This document shows positions 23,942 to 31,722 of a DNA stretch of 32,000 nt, piece by piece; position 1 is the first letter of the stretch, and each line of letters begins with the position of its first letter. A model generated the notes under the pieces. The model made no database searches. It saw only the letters and a program-made list of their open reading frames with translations, and was not told the DNA's origin. This DNA comes from Ureibacillus terrenus (GTDB lineage Bacteria > Bacillota > Bacilli > Bacillales_A > Planococcaceae): positions 17,065-49,064 of the forward strand of contig NZ_VIGD01000001.1 in assembly GCF_006569205.1 (NCBI RefSeq), read 5' to 3'. The position numbers and the translations under genes were made by a program.

Positions 23942-24571
23942 TCATTGTTTTCCCTTTAGAAGCCGCACCGTTTGTTGGCGATTTCCGCTTTCGCAAATGG
24001 CGGAAATGACCGCCACCCCATCGGCCCCCGCTTCAATCACTTCCCGGGCATTCATCGGGGTAATGCCGCCGATTGCAACAATCGGAATGCCGGGATACAT
24101 CTCACGCGCTTTCTTTAAGAAAGTAACCCCTGCCGGTTTTTTGGCATCGCGCTTTGATTTCGTTTCATAAATGGGACCAATCCCGACATAATCCGCCCCG
24201 CCTTCCACCGCCTTGGCCATTTCTTCCTCGTTATGGACGGAAACTCCGATGATTTTGTTTTGAAATCGTCCCCGGATTTCTTCGATAGGGGTATCGTCCT
24301 GCCCCACATGTATGCCATCCGCGTCAATTTTTAAAGCAAGTTCCACATCGTCATTCACAATGAACGGCACATGATACCGTTTGCACAGGGATTGGCATTC
24401 CCGGGCGAATCGTTCCAATTCCTCCCCTTTTAACGGCCGTTCCCCTTTCTCCCTCAGCTGAAAAAAGGTGATTCCCGCCTGCAGGGCTTCTTCCAACACT
24501 TTGAGCGGCTCTTCGCCTCTGCAATTTTCCGTTCCCATGATGAAGTACACGGCCAAATCTTTTCTATTCAA
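23942..24571 (-). CDS. thiE: Thiamine-phosphate synthase
   Basis: The motifs are LYFIMG-type start, FQLREK, IVNDDVELA, DGIHVGQDD, GVS.H and IAIGGI. The start is taken at the TTG behind GGAGGTGG and overlaps the thiD stop by 8 nt; the track ORF begins at 24634. Confidence 0.92.
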   Translation of the reverse strand: MNRKDLAVYFIMGTENCRGEEPLKVLEEALQAGITFFQLREKGERPLKGEELERFARECQSLCKRYHVPFIVNDDVELALKIDADGIHVGQDDTPIEEIRGRFQNKIIGVSVHNEEEMAKAVEGGADYVGIGPIYETKSKRDAKKPAGVTFLKKAREMYPGIPIVAIGGITPMNAREVIEAGADGVAVISAICESGNRQQTVRLLKGKQ

Positions 24572-25385
24572 TGATTTCCACCTCCGCCTTTGCTCCGAGT
24601 CGATGGGCGAAGTGATTGGTCGGACCATGGCCATGGCCGATATTCAGCGGGTTTTCGATAGCAGCCTGAACAAATTTTTTCGCTTCAATGATCGATTCTT
24701 TGATGGATAAGCCTCTGCCCAAATAAGCCGTAATGGCGGCGGAAAATGTGCAGCCTGTTCCATGGGTATGTCTCGTATCAATTTTCGGAGACTTCATTTG
24801 GAAAGAGGAACCATCTTGGAAAAACACCGTATCAACAGCCATTGGATCTTCCAAATGGCCCCCTTTCATGACAACGCATTCAACCCCAAACTCCAAAATC
24901 TTTTGGGCCGCTTTCCGGATTTCTTCCCCGGTTTGTATTTTCATGCCGGTTATGGTTTCCGCTTCCGGGATATTGGGGGTAAGCACCGTGGCAATCGGCA
25001 GCAAAACGCGGATCAGCGCCTGCACCGCATCATCCTTGAGGAGCGCTTGTCCGCCTTTTGCGATCATGACCGGATCGACAACGATTCGAAGGTTCCGGTC
25101 TTTTAAGTTTCTCGCAACGGTTTGAATAATCTCCGCAGAAAATAACATCCCGGTTTTTAAAGCTCTCACATCGAAATCATCAAAAATTGCATTCAGCTGC
25201 AATTCCACGAACTCGGGTGTCGCGGGATAGATGCCGTTTACCCCCAATGTATTTTGCGCCGTCAGTGCGGTAATCACCGTAGTTCCAAAAACATTCAGCT
25301 CCTGGAAGGTCTTTAAATCCGCCTGAATGCCCGCTCCTCCTCCGCTGTCTGATCCTGCAATGGTCAACACGATATTCATTTTCAT
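24564..25385 (-). CDS. thiD: Hydroxymethylpyrimidine / phosphomethylpyrimidine kinase
   Basis: The motifs are LTIAGSDSGGGAGIQADLKTF, VDPVM.AKGG and GTGCTFSAAITA. The start overlaps the thiM stop (ATGA). The second ATG at 25379 has better RBS spacing. Confidence 0.93.
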   Translation of the reverse strand: MKMNIVLTIAGSDSGGGAGIQADLKTFQELNVFGTTVITALTAQNTLGVNGIYPATPEFVELQLNAIFDDFDVRALKTGMLFSAEIIQTVARNLKDRNLRIVVDPVMIAKGGQALLKDDAVQALIRVLLPIATVLTPNIPEAETITGMKIQTGEEIRKAAQKILEFGVECVVMKGGHLEDPMAVDTVFFQDGSSFQMKSPKIDTRHTHGTGCTFSAAITAYLGRGLSIKESIIEAKKFVQAAIENPLNIGHGHGPTNHFAHRLGAKAEVEIIE

Positions 25386-26128
25386 TCACCTCTTGAAATT
25401 TGATGCAAAGCATTTAATACTTCCACTTGGAAGGAACCAAGATTTTTTTCTTTTGAAGCGCGTTCCGCCACTTTTTTATAATCCGCCAACACGTCCCGGA
25501 CGTTTTCAAGCGGATTGCCTTCCAAACTGAATGCCGCCGCGCAAATGGCGCTTAACAGGCAGCCCGTGCCCGTCACCTGAGTCATCAGCTCATGGCCGCC
25601 GCTGACGATGTAATGGGTATTGCCATCGGTTACGATATCGTCTTTTCCGGATACCGCGACAATCGTTTGATATCCTTTTGCCACTTCCATGGCAACTTGC
25701 AGAATGTCCATCTCCCCTTCTCCGCTGTCCACTCCCTTGGCCTGCCACTCGACTCCTGCAATGGCCGCCAATTCCCCTGCATTGCAGCGGATCAGTTGGA
25801 AACGAATCTCTTTTAACAAGTTGTCCGTTACCTCTTTTCGATATTTTGTGGCGCCTGCCCCGACCGGATCCAACACAACCGGAATGTCCAGCCCATTTGC
25901 TTTTTTGCCGGCCAGAAACATCGCTTCGACGGAATGTTTATTCAACGTTCCGATATTGATCAATAAACCATTTGCAATGGACACCATATCCTCCACGTCT
26001 AAGGGCTCATCGGACATCACAGGTGATGCCCCGATGGCAAGCAACCCATTGGCCGTAAAATTGGTCACCACCGAATTGGTGATACAGTGGATCAACGGGC
26101 TTTTTTTCCGGATTCTGTATAGACTCAT
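25382..26128 (-). CDS. thiM: Hydroxyethylthiazole kinase
   Basis: The motifs are PLIHCITNSVVTNFTANGLLAIGASPVM, VLDPVGAGAT and VTGTGCLLSA. Confidence 0.92.
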   Translation of the reverse strand: MSLYRIRKKSPLIHCITNSVVTNFTANGLLAIGASPVMSDEPLDVEDMVSIANGLLINIGTLNKHSVEAMFLAGKKANGLDIPVVLDPVGAGATKYRKEVTDNLLKEIRFQLIRCNAGELAAIAGVEWQAKGVDSGEGEMDILQVAMEVAKGYQTIVAVSGKDDIVTDGNTHYIVSGGHELMTQVTGTGCLLSAICAAAFSLEGNPLENVRDVLADYKKVAERASKEKNLGSFQVEVLNALHQISRGE

Positions 26129-26154
26129 ACGATAACCCCCATTTTTTCCTTATT

Positions 26155-26320
26155 TCCGAAAAAAAATAAAAGCTCCCCTGCCCGGAGAGCAAAAAATACC
26201 CAATATCAGCCGATAATATTCATAAGGTATTTTTGCTCCCTACGGCAGTACTAACTGCATCAGGTTCGAAGGGTTAGGTGATTCCACCTTCTCAGGCCGA
26301 TTCGGCCACCCCTGCAAAAA
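26155..26320 (-). promoter_or_regulatory. TPP (THI-box) riboswitch with terminator expression platform
   Basis: The minus-strand aptamer is CAGGGGTGGCCGAATCGGCCTGAGAAGGTGGAATCACCTAACCCTTCGAACCTGATGCAGTTAGTACTGCCGTAGGGAGC, with the conserved CTGAGA, ACCCTT.GAACCTGAT and GTAGGGA blocks. The terminator GCTCTCC-gggca-GGGGAGC plus a T-run follows (plus 26155-26191). Confidence 0.93.
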
Positions 26321-26345
26321 TACGGAATTTTCAGTTGTTTATGTA

Positions 26346-26373
26346 ATTATAACATAACGGCTCTTCATTGTAA
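26346..26373 (-). promoter_or_regulatory. SigA-type promoter for the thiMDE operon
   Basis: The minus strand reads TTACAA, a 16-nt spacer, then TATAAT, about 25 nt upstream of the riboswitch aptamer. Confidence 0.5.
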
Positions 26374-26435
26374 CTTTGTTTTAAGCCGGACTGAATAAAA
26401 AGAAGGAGAAAAGTCAAAACTTTATTTCCAAATCA

Positions 26436-27089
26436 TTATTGCAATTCAATTTTTCCGTCGATTTCAATTTCATTCAGGGCCTGGGTTGCCAAACGGTCCG
26501 CTTCTTCATTCGATTTCCGGCCTACTAATTCATATTGCGGTTGGATGCCCAGCTGATTCAGTTTTTCGTCAATTTTATCCGCCCAATAGCTTAAATCCTT
26601 TTCGTAAAGCGGCCATTCTCCGCTCATTTGATTGATGACCACCTGTGAATCGCCGATGAAACGGACGGTCTGGTGCCGGACGCCCATTGATTCCAGCTCC
26701 TGGATGCTGAAATAAAGGGCGGCGTATTCCGCTTCATTATTGGATTTTATACTATCCATTTTCAGATTCTTTCTGATCCGGTAGCGTTTGTTGTTCTGTT
26801 CAAAATAAATGGCACAGCCTACGCCGGCAGCGCGACGGCCAAGATCGAATCCGCCGTCAAAATAAACAACGACATTTGCAGGTTCCGTTTCCATTTCTTT
26901 TAAATATTTTTTCAGCTCCTTGGCGGTCCATGTCCCACCCTGTTCATCGAGAAACGTGATGGCTTTTGCCCTGCCCGTTTTCGAAATTTCTTCTGCAACG
27001 GAAAGTGCCTGGGCAGGCGCCATTTCATCCGAGCGGAATGTCGTTTCGACACCTTTATAATGATAGGTCCATACAACAACGATTTTCAA
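26436..27089 (-). CDS. RNase H (type 1 fold) family protein with an N-terminal extension, YpeP-like
   Basis: The C-terminal 140 aa carry the DEDD set in order: VYFDGG, NNEAEYAAL, IGDSQVV and NEEADRLA. I cannot assign the N-terminal ~70 aa. The start is TTG behind GGGAGGAAG. Confidence 0.78.
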   Translation of the reverse strand: MKIVVVWTYHYKGVETTFRSDEMAPAQALSVAEEISKTGRAKAITFLDEQGGTWTAKELKKYLKEMETEPANVVVYFDGGFDLGRRAAGVGCAIYFEQNNKRYRIRKNLKMDSIKSNNEAEYAALYFSIQELESMGVRHQTVRFIGDSQVVINQMSGEWPLYEKDLSYWADKIDEKLNQLGIQPQYELVGRKSNEEADRLATQALNEIEIDGKIELQ

Positions 27090-27191
27090 AAAACTTCCTC
27101 CCTTTTACCTAATTAAATTTAGTATTTTCAATCGGCGGTCAAAGATACTTCAAAAATCCGCTCCCTTCACCCATATCAGTTCAACGAACAG

Positions 27192-27219
27192 TTGACATTC
27201 TTCGACTTACATATAAAAT
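27192..27219 (+). promoter_or_regulatory. SigA-type promoter for the coiled-coil / deacetylase pair
   Basis: The sequence is TTGACA, a 16-nt spacer, then TAAAAT, about 90 nt upstream of the TTG start at 27310. Confidence 0.5.
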
Positions 27220-27309
27220 GAAAGTAGGAATTTGTATATAATTGTAACCTTTTTCTATTTAAATGGGAAATTTTGTTTATTTTTTTATCAGGTTTTAGGA
27301 GATGATATT

Positions 27310-28050
27310 TTGGCTAATGAAATGGAAAAGAAGCGGCTTGGATGGTTTAAAAACCCGTTATCGAATCAACATGAGGTAGAACAATCCCAAGATGAGCCTT
27401 CCGAACCGGTTGTCGAAGAATTGCCGAAAGAGAGCGAAAAAGAAGAACAGCCGGAGAAGGAAAATGTTCAGCAAATTGATTCGAATGAATCGATTATTTT
27501 TTCTCGGGATCAGCAGGACAAAATTGCGATGGATGTGATCGTGTCCATTGAGAATATGATCAAGGACCGCCAATTGCTTTCCTATAAATACAATGCTTTG
27601 GTGGAGCAGCTGGAAAATGCCAATCAAACGATCAACCGTTTAAAACGTGATTCGCTGAAAAAAGATCAAATCATCCAGGAAAAAACAAAAGAAATCCGTG
27701 ATTTGGAAATCAGCTTGACAAACAAACAAATGAGCTATGATCAATTGCTTGAAGATTACAAGGAATATCAGTTAACCCATAATTTGGAGTATGACAAATT
27801 AGTCAACCAATTGGAAACTGAAAAAGCGAAATATAACAAATTGTATGAAGAATCTTCCAAAATCCAGACGCAACAAATGCAGAAAATCAGTGAACTAGAA
27901 GAGCGGATCCGCAATCTGGAAATCGAAAATCAAAAATATAAGGAACAATATGAAAAAATCGTTGAAGAAAAGGCGCAATTAATGAAAACAATTTCCGACT
28001 TCACAGAAAGAATGTCTTTCTCCTTCCTGCAAAAACCGAACGAAGAATAA
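27310..28050 (+). CDS. Hypothetical coiled-coil protein with an acidic N-terminal segment (246 aa)
   Basis: It has an E/P/Q-rich head followed by about 170 aa of heptad-like K/E/Q/L sequence (LEISLTNKQMSYDQLLEDYKEYQL...). It has no TM segment and no enzymatic motif. AGGAG lies 8 nt before the TTG; the track ORF begins at 27232. Confidence 0.55.
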   Translation: MANEMEKKRLGWFKNPLSNQHEVEQSQDEPSEPVVEELPKESEKEEQPEKENVQQIDSNESIIFSRDQQDKIAMDVIVSIENMIKDRQLLSYKYNALVEQLENANQTINRLKRDSLKKDQIIQEKTKEIRDLEISLTNKQMSYDQLLEDYKEYQLTHNLEYDKLVNQLETEKAKYNKLYEESSKIQTQQMQKISELEERIRNLEIENQKYKEQYEKIVEEKAQLMKTISDFTERMSFSFLQKPNEE

Positions 28051-28089
28051 ATGCGGAGTTGATCTTTTCACGGGAGAAAGGAGTAAGGA

Positions 28090-29700
28090 ATGTCTGTCCA
28101 TAATGTAAAAATACTTGAACTGTTGTCGATCCACGAAGTCAGCGGATTTCACTTATTAAAATTGAGGATTTTTGCTACCAACGATCAATCTGAACTATAC
28201 TGGCTCATTGACAATGAAACGGCGAAATCATTGAAAGAAATTTGCAAATTCCAAGGCGTTGAACGTTACCGTTTGTCGCTTCAAACTGCCGTCGATCCTC
28301 AAAATGGACAATGCTCCAGTTCCGTTACGGGAACGTATCGGGATGCGAGCCGGAAAATGAACTTCCGCTGCTCATTCAAATTCCATCAGCAGTTGGAAAA
28401 AATAAAAAATTGTTATCGTATCGCAGATTTACTGTCCTATGATTTTATTTTCCCTAATCTGCCAAAAGAAGATACTCTCAGCGTTTTGAAAAATGCCGAA
28501 GAGGTCATTGAGAAGCCTATTCGGGCGATTCCTCCCCAAAACGATGAGGAGCCGAACGGGAAAGAAACCGATTCAGCTTTTGAGGATCCAAACGCTGCAG
28601 AAATCCATGCTGAAGCGAAAGAGATTCGTGAAATCAACCCTCCCCGTGAAGAGAAGGAAACGGATACATCTGACGAAAAAGCCGATGCAAAGGAAAGCTT
28701 CGTAAGCCGGAATGACGAAGATTCCGAAATCCAAGAAGGGGCGGAAGAACTGGAAGGACAAGCAGAAGGACAAAGCGAAAACCCGGCTGTTTCGGATGAA
28801 ATGAATGATGAAATTCGTCACGCAGTTGACGAAACGGCATCTGCTGCCTCCATAGAACAAAAACAAGAAGCCAAACCGAAACCATATACATACTTGTTAT
28901 CGAAGCTGCAATTGAAAAAAAGAATCCGTTCCATCAAAGGATTTCCCCAATCAATTTTGACCGCTTCGTTAATAGTCGCCGTTGTGATTATCCTATGCAT
29001 AATCATTTTTGACATACTTTCTACATCCATTTTCAATTCGACGGAAAATATCGGAGCTTCAAAGCAGCAGAATGCCGAACAAATTTCAGAAACCGCCAAT
29101 GAGAAGCCGGAAATTCCTTCCCTGCAAATCAATGATTTTTTGACGTTCAGCATTCCCGAAGGTTATGCGGCTTTAACCTTCAATGACGGTCCATCCAAAT
29201 ATACGGAAGCAATCGTTGATATTCTGAAAGAAAAAGAGGTTGGCGGAACGTTTTTCTTTATCGGATACAACGTCCAAAAACACCCGGATATTGTAAAATA
29301 TGTTCATTCTAATGGTTATACAATCGGAAGCCATTCAATGACCCATGACTCGATGACTGAACAAACATTGGATGAACAACAATATGAAATCAGCGAATCG
29401 AAAAAAATCATCGAAAACATTACCGGTCAGCCCGTAAAATTTTTCAGGCCTCCCAACGGTTTGATCGATGAAAATACGCAGGCTGCCGCGCAAAATGAAC
29501 AATGCCAGATCATTTTATGGAATCTGGATCCTAAAGACTGGGAAGCGGAAACGGCTGATGAAATTATCAAAAACATCAAAAACGAACCGGTTTCCGCCGC
29601 CATCATAACCCTTCATGAATCACCCCAATTGGTGAAGGCTCTGCCTAAAATTATCGATTATTTGAAAGAGCAAAATTTAAAAATTGTCAGTTTGCAATAA
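28090..29700 (+). CDS. Membrane-anchored polysaccharide deacetylase (NodB homology) family protein with an unknown N-terminal domain
   Basis: The first ~120 aa form an unassigned domain, followed by a D/E-rich linker of about 150 aa and a TM helix (ILTASLIVAVVIILCIIIFDIL). The NodB domain motifs read LTFNDGP, GSHSMTH, FFRPPNG and ITLHE. The RBS is GAAAGGAG. Confidence 0.85.
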   Translation: MSVHNVKILELLSIHEVSGFHLLKLRIFATNDQSELYWLIDNETAKSLKEICKFQGVERYRLSLQTAVDPQNGQCSSSVTGTYRDASRKMNFRCSFKFHQQLEKIKNCYRIADLLSYDFIFPNLPKEDTLSVLKNAEEVIEKPIRAIPPQNDEEPNGKETDSAFEDPNAAEIHAEAKEIREINPPREEKETDTSDEKADAKESFVSRNDEDSEIQEGAEELEGQAEGQSENPAVSDEMNDEIRHAVDETASAASIEQKQEAKPKPYTYLLSKLQLKKRIRSIKGFPQSILTASLIVAVVIILCIIIFDILSTSIFNSTENIGASKQQNAEQISETANEKPEIPSLQINDFLTFSIPEGYAALTFNDGPSKYTEAIVDILKEKEVGGTFFFIGYNVQKHPDIVKYVHSNGYTIGSHSMTHDSMTEQTLDEQQYEISESKKIIENITGQPVKFFRPPNGLIDENTQAAAQNEQCQIILWNLDPKDWEAETADEIIKNIKNEPVSAAIITLHESPQLVKALPKIIDYLKEQNLKIVSLQ

Positions 29701-29725
29701 GGAGCGTAATGCTCCTTTTTGTTTT
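29699..29725 (+). terminator. Intrinsic terminator after the deacetylase gene
   Basis: The structure is AGGAGC-gtaat-GCTCCT followed by TTTTGTTTT. Confidence 0.7.
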
Positions 29726-29785
29726 GCCCTCTTCTTCCCTTCCATTCATAAAAAATTGATGAAATGCCATATTAACAAAAAAGAG

Positions 29786-30025
29786 ATGAGGAAATTGCCA
29801 AAAAGAAGCGATCATCAGCACTCAGAGGCCACTCCGCATTTTGACGGGACGATGGATCGGATTATCAACGATCCGACATCCGACAAAGCTGCGGATATAG
29901 GAGTGCATGTAAACGAAGAATTTTCATCGGAAAAAAATCCATATGATCTGAAGCCGAAGAAAGATTCGGAATTGGAGCGGTTCCAAACACTAATGAAAGG
30001 CAAGGAAAAAAATAAAAAAGCTTGA
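29786..30025 (+). CDS. Hypothetical small hydrophilic protein (79 aa)
   Basis: The ORF lies between two terminators, and its stop is embedded in the next terminator stem. The product is highly charged with no TM segment. The RBS is weak (AAAAGAG). The upstream CATATTA preceded by TTCATA at an 18-nt spacing resembles forespore-type promoters. Confidence 0.4.
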   Translation: MRKLPKRSDHQHSEATPHFDGTMDRIINDPTSDKAADIGVHVNEEFSSEKNPYDLKPKKDSELERFQTLMKGKEKNKKA

Positions 30026-30051
30026 GCCTGTAAAAGGCTCAAGCTTTTTTT
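30014..30051. terminator. Bidirectional intrinsic terminator
   Basis: The structure is AAAAAAGCTTGAGCCT-gtaa-AGGCTCAAGCTTTTTTT. Confidence 0.8.
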
Positions 30052-30068
30052 CCATTGCTATTACATCA

Positions 30069-30836
30069 CTACCGGACTGTCAATTGATAAATCTTTCTTC
30101 CGTTAAGCGGCTGGACTTGCCTGCTGTTGTTTCCGAAAAGCCGATGGAATGTCCCGATTTGCTCCTCCGAAAATTCAACCGGCATTTCAAACACAATCCA
30201 TTTTACCCCTTCCGTACATGGCGGAGTCGTCAAAGAACCGGTATAATAAAATGCCCTTCTTTCCTTTGGAATGAATTCCGGCAATCGGATTGACACATTA
30301 TCTTTTTTCGAAAATCCGTCCTGCAATCGGCTCCATATTTCTTTCACCATTTCATTGGCTTGCCCTTCCTGGATAAAAACGGCCATGACGGCTTGTTCCC
30401 CATTTTTATTTTCGTGCACGAAATGCAATTCCATTTCATAGCTTTGCCCCTCTACTTGATGTTCGCTTGGCAGATGGAAATGGAATGATTCCAACTTGTA
30501 TTGCTGATGATCAATCAAAATATAGTTTTGGCCGGATTTCGAAACGGCTTCTGCCGTATGGGCTTTTTTGATTATTTCAAATCGTCCTTCTCCATAATGA
30601 ATTTCTATTTCAGGCGACTGATTTTGCAATGCATCTTTCCGGGTTATTTGAACCGGGGATTGCATCATTCCCCTTTCGCAAACATTAGCGGCATCCGGTC
30701 CATGTTCATCGTAAGAATAGTAAACATCTTCGATCCTTTCTTCATCATGTTGATTTTGTTCCTTTTCGTACAGGGAATAGCCGGCGACACTCAGACACAT
30801 GGCCAGTATAAGAGCAAAAAACACTCTTCCTCTCAT
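30069..30836 (-). CDS. Alpha-class carbonic anhydrase, secreted
   Basis: It has a signal peptide (MRGRVFFALILAMCLSVAGYS), QSPVQI, the zinc His triad in FHFHLPSEH...ELHFVH, and YYTGSLTTPPCTEGVKW. The start is at the ATG behind AAAGGAATGG; the track ORF begins at 30872. Confidence 0.9.
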   Translation of the reverse strand: MRGRVFFALILAMCLSVAGYSLYEKEQNQHDEERIEDVYYSYDEHGPDAANVCERGMMQSPVQITRKDALQNQSPEIEIHYGEGRFEIIKKAHTAEAVSKSGQNYILIDHQQYKLESFHFHLPSEHQVEGQSYEMELHFVHENKNGEQAVMAVFIQEGQANEMVKEIWSRLQDGFSKKDNVSIRLPEFIPKERRAFYYTGSLTTPPCTEGVKWIVFEMPVEFSEEQIGTFHRLFGNNSRQVQPLNGRKIYQLTVR

Positions 30837-30929
30837 TTTCCATTCCTTTCTTTTTTTATTTAACATGGCCATACATTTTGCCGTTTTATACTTGTACAGC
30901 CGATGACAAAATCATGTCGAAAATCTCCC

Positions 30930-31694
30930 CTATTTTAAATAAAACAGCCCTCCGCTTACGATTTCCATTTTGATTCGCGGCCGAAACCGTTCTTCAAGGG
31001 CCTTCTTCTCGGTTTCATAAATTTCGGGCTTCTCTTCCACTCCCAGATAAAAATGATCCAAAATCTCCTGCTCCCTTTTCCATCGTTTTCTTGCTTCCTC
31101 CGCCCATGTCATGTCATCATTGGCAATATAATTTTCAACGGCAGTTTCCAGCCGTTCAATGGCCCTGATCGGCGAAACAATATAAGGGAGGCAGTAGGCG
31201 TTTTTTGGCATTTCATTTGTCAAATCCAGTTCATTCAATATATCTTGAAAATTGCTTTTGACGCTGCCATGGATTAAATTGATTCCCAACGAAAAAAGCA
31301 TTTCTTTCGTCTGGTCCGCATGATAGGAAACTTTGAAATTTGCGCCGATCCACGGAAATAAACTGGCCCCTTCTTCATTTTGGTACATCCGGACAAAAGA
31401 TCCCAATTCCTTTGTCGCCTGGAAAATTTGATGCATCCGCATCGAGCCGTAATGAATATATTCCCCCCGGATCTCCTGTTCTTCGCTCTTTTTCGTAATA
31501 AATGTGACCTTCAGCGGATTAGGTTCGGCTTTTGTACTTTCAATAAACTGCCAGTAAAAGGGGCGGTTCATGATGCGTTTATCAATGTCCGCCGTCAACT
31601 GGACCGTCAAATAATGGGGACCCTCTTCCGTAATCTCGCAATTGGTGACTTTAAAAAAAGTTTTTAAAAATCCGTGAATCTGTTCTGCCAACAT
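30930..31694 (-). CDS. yqhG: YqhG family protein (conserved partner of the YqhH-type SNF2 helicase)
   Basis: Counted from MLAEQIHGF (RBS GGAAGGGGGAAGG) it is 254 aa. It lies immediately downstream of an SNF2 helicase 3' end, as in the B. subtilis yqhH-yqhG pair. Confidence 0.75.
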   Translation of the reverse strand: MLAEQIHGFLKTFFKVTNCEITEEGPHYLTVQLTADIDKRIMNRPFYWQFIESTKAEPNPLKVTFITKKSEEQEIRGEYIHYGSMRMHQIFQATKELGSFVRMYQNEEGASLFPWIGANFKVSYHADQTKEMLFSLGINLIHGSVKSNFQDILNELDLTNEMPKNAYCLPYIVSPIRAIERLETAVENYIANDDMTWAEEARKRWKREQEILDHFYLGVEEKPEIYETEKKALEERFRPRIKMEIVSGGLFYLK

Positions 31695-31722
31695 TGCCCT
31701 TCCCCCTTCCATGCGAGAAGTA

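Noticed and set aside
25689-26135. 148-aa plus-strand ORF antisense to thiM, and similar ORFs antisense to thiD and thiE
   Set aside because: They are fully contained in conserved thi genes, which indicates shadow frames.
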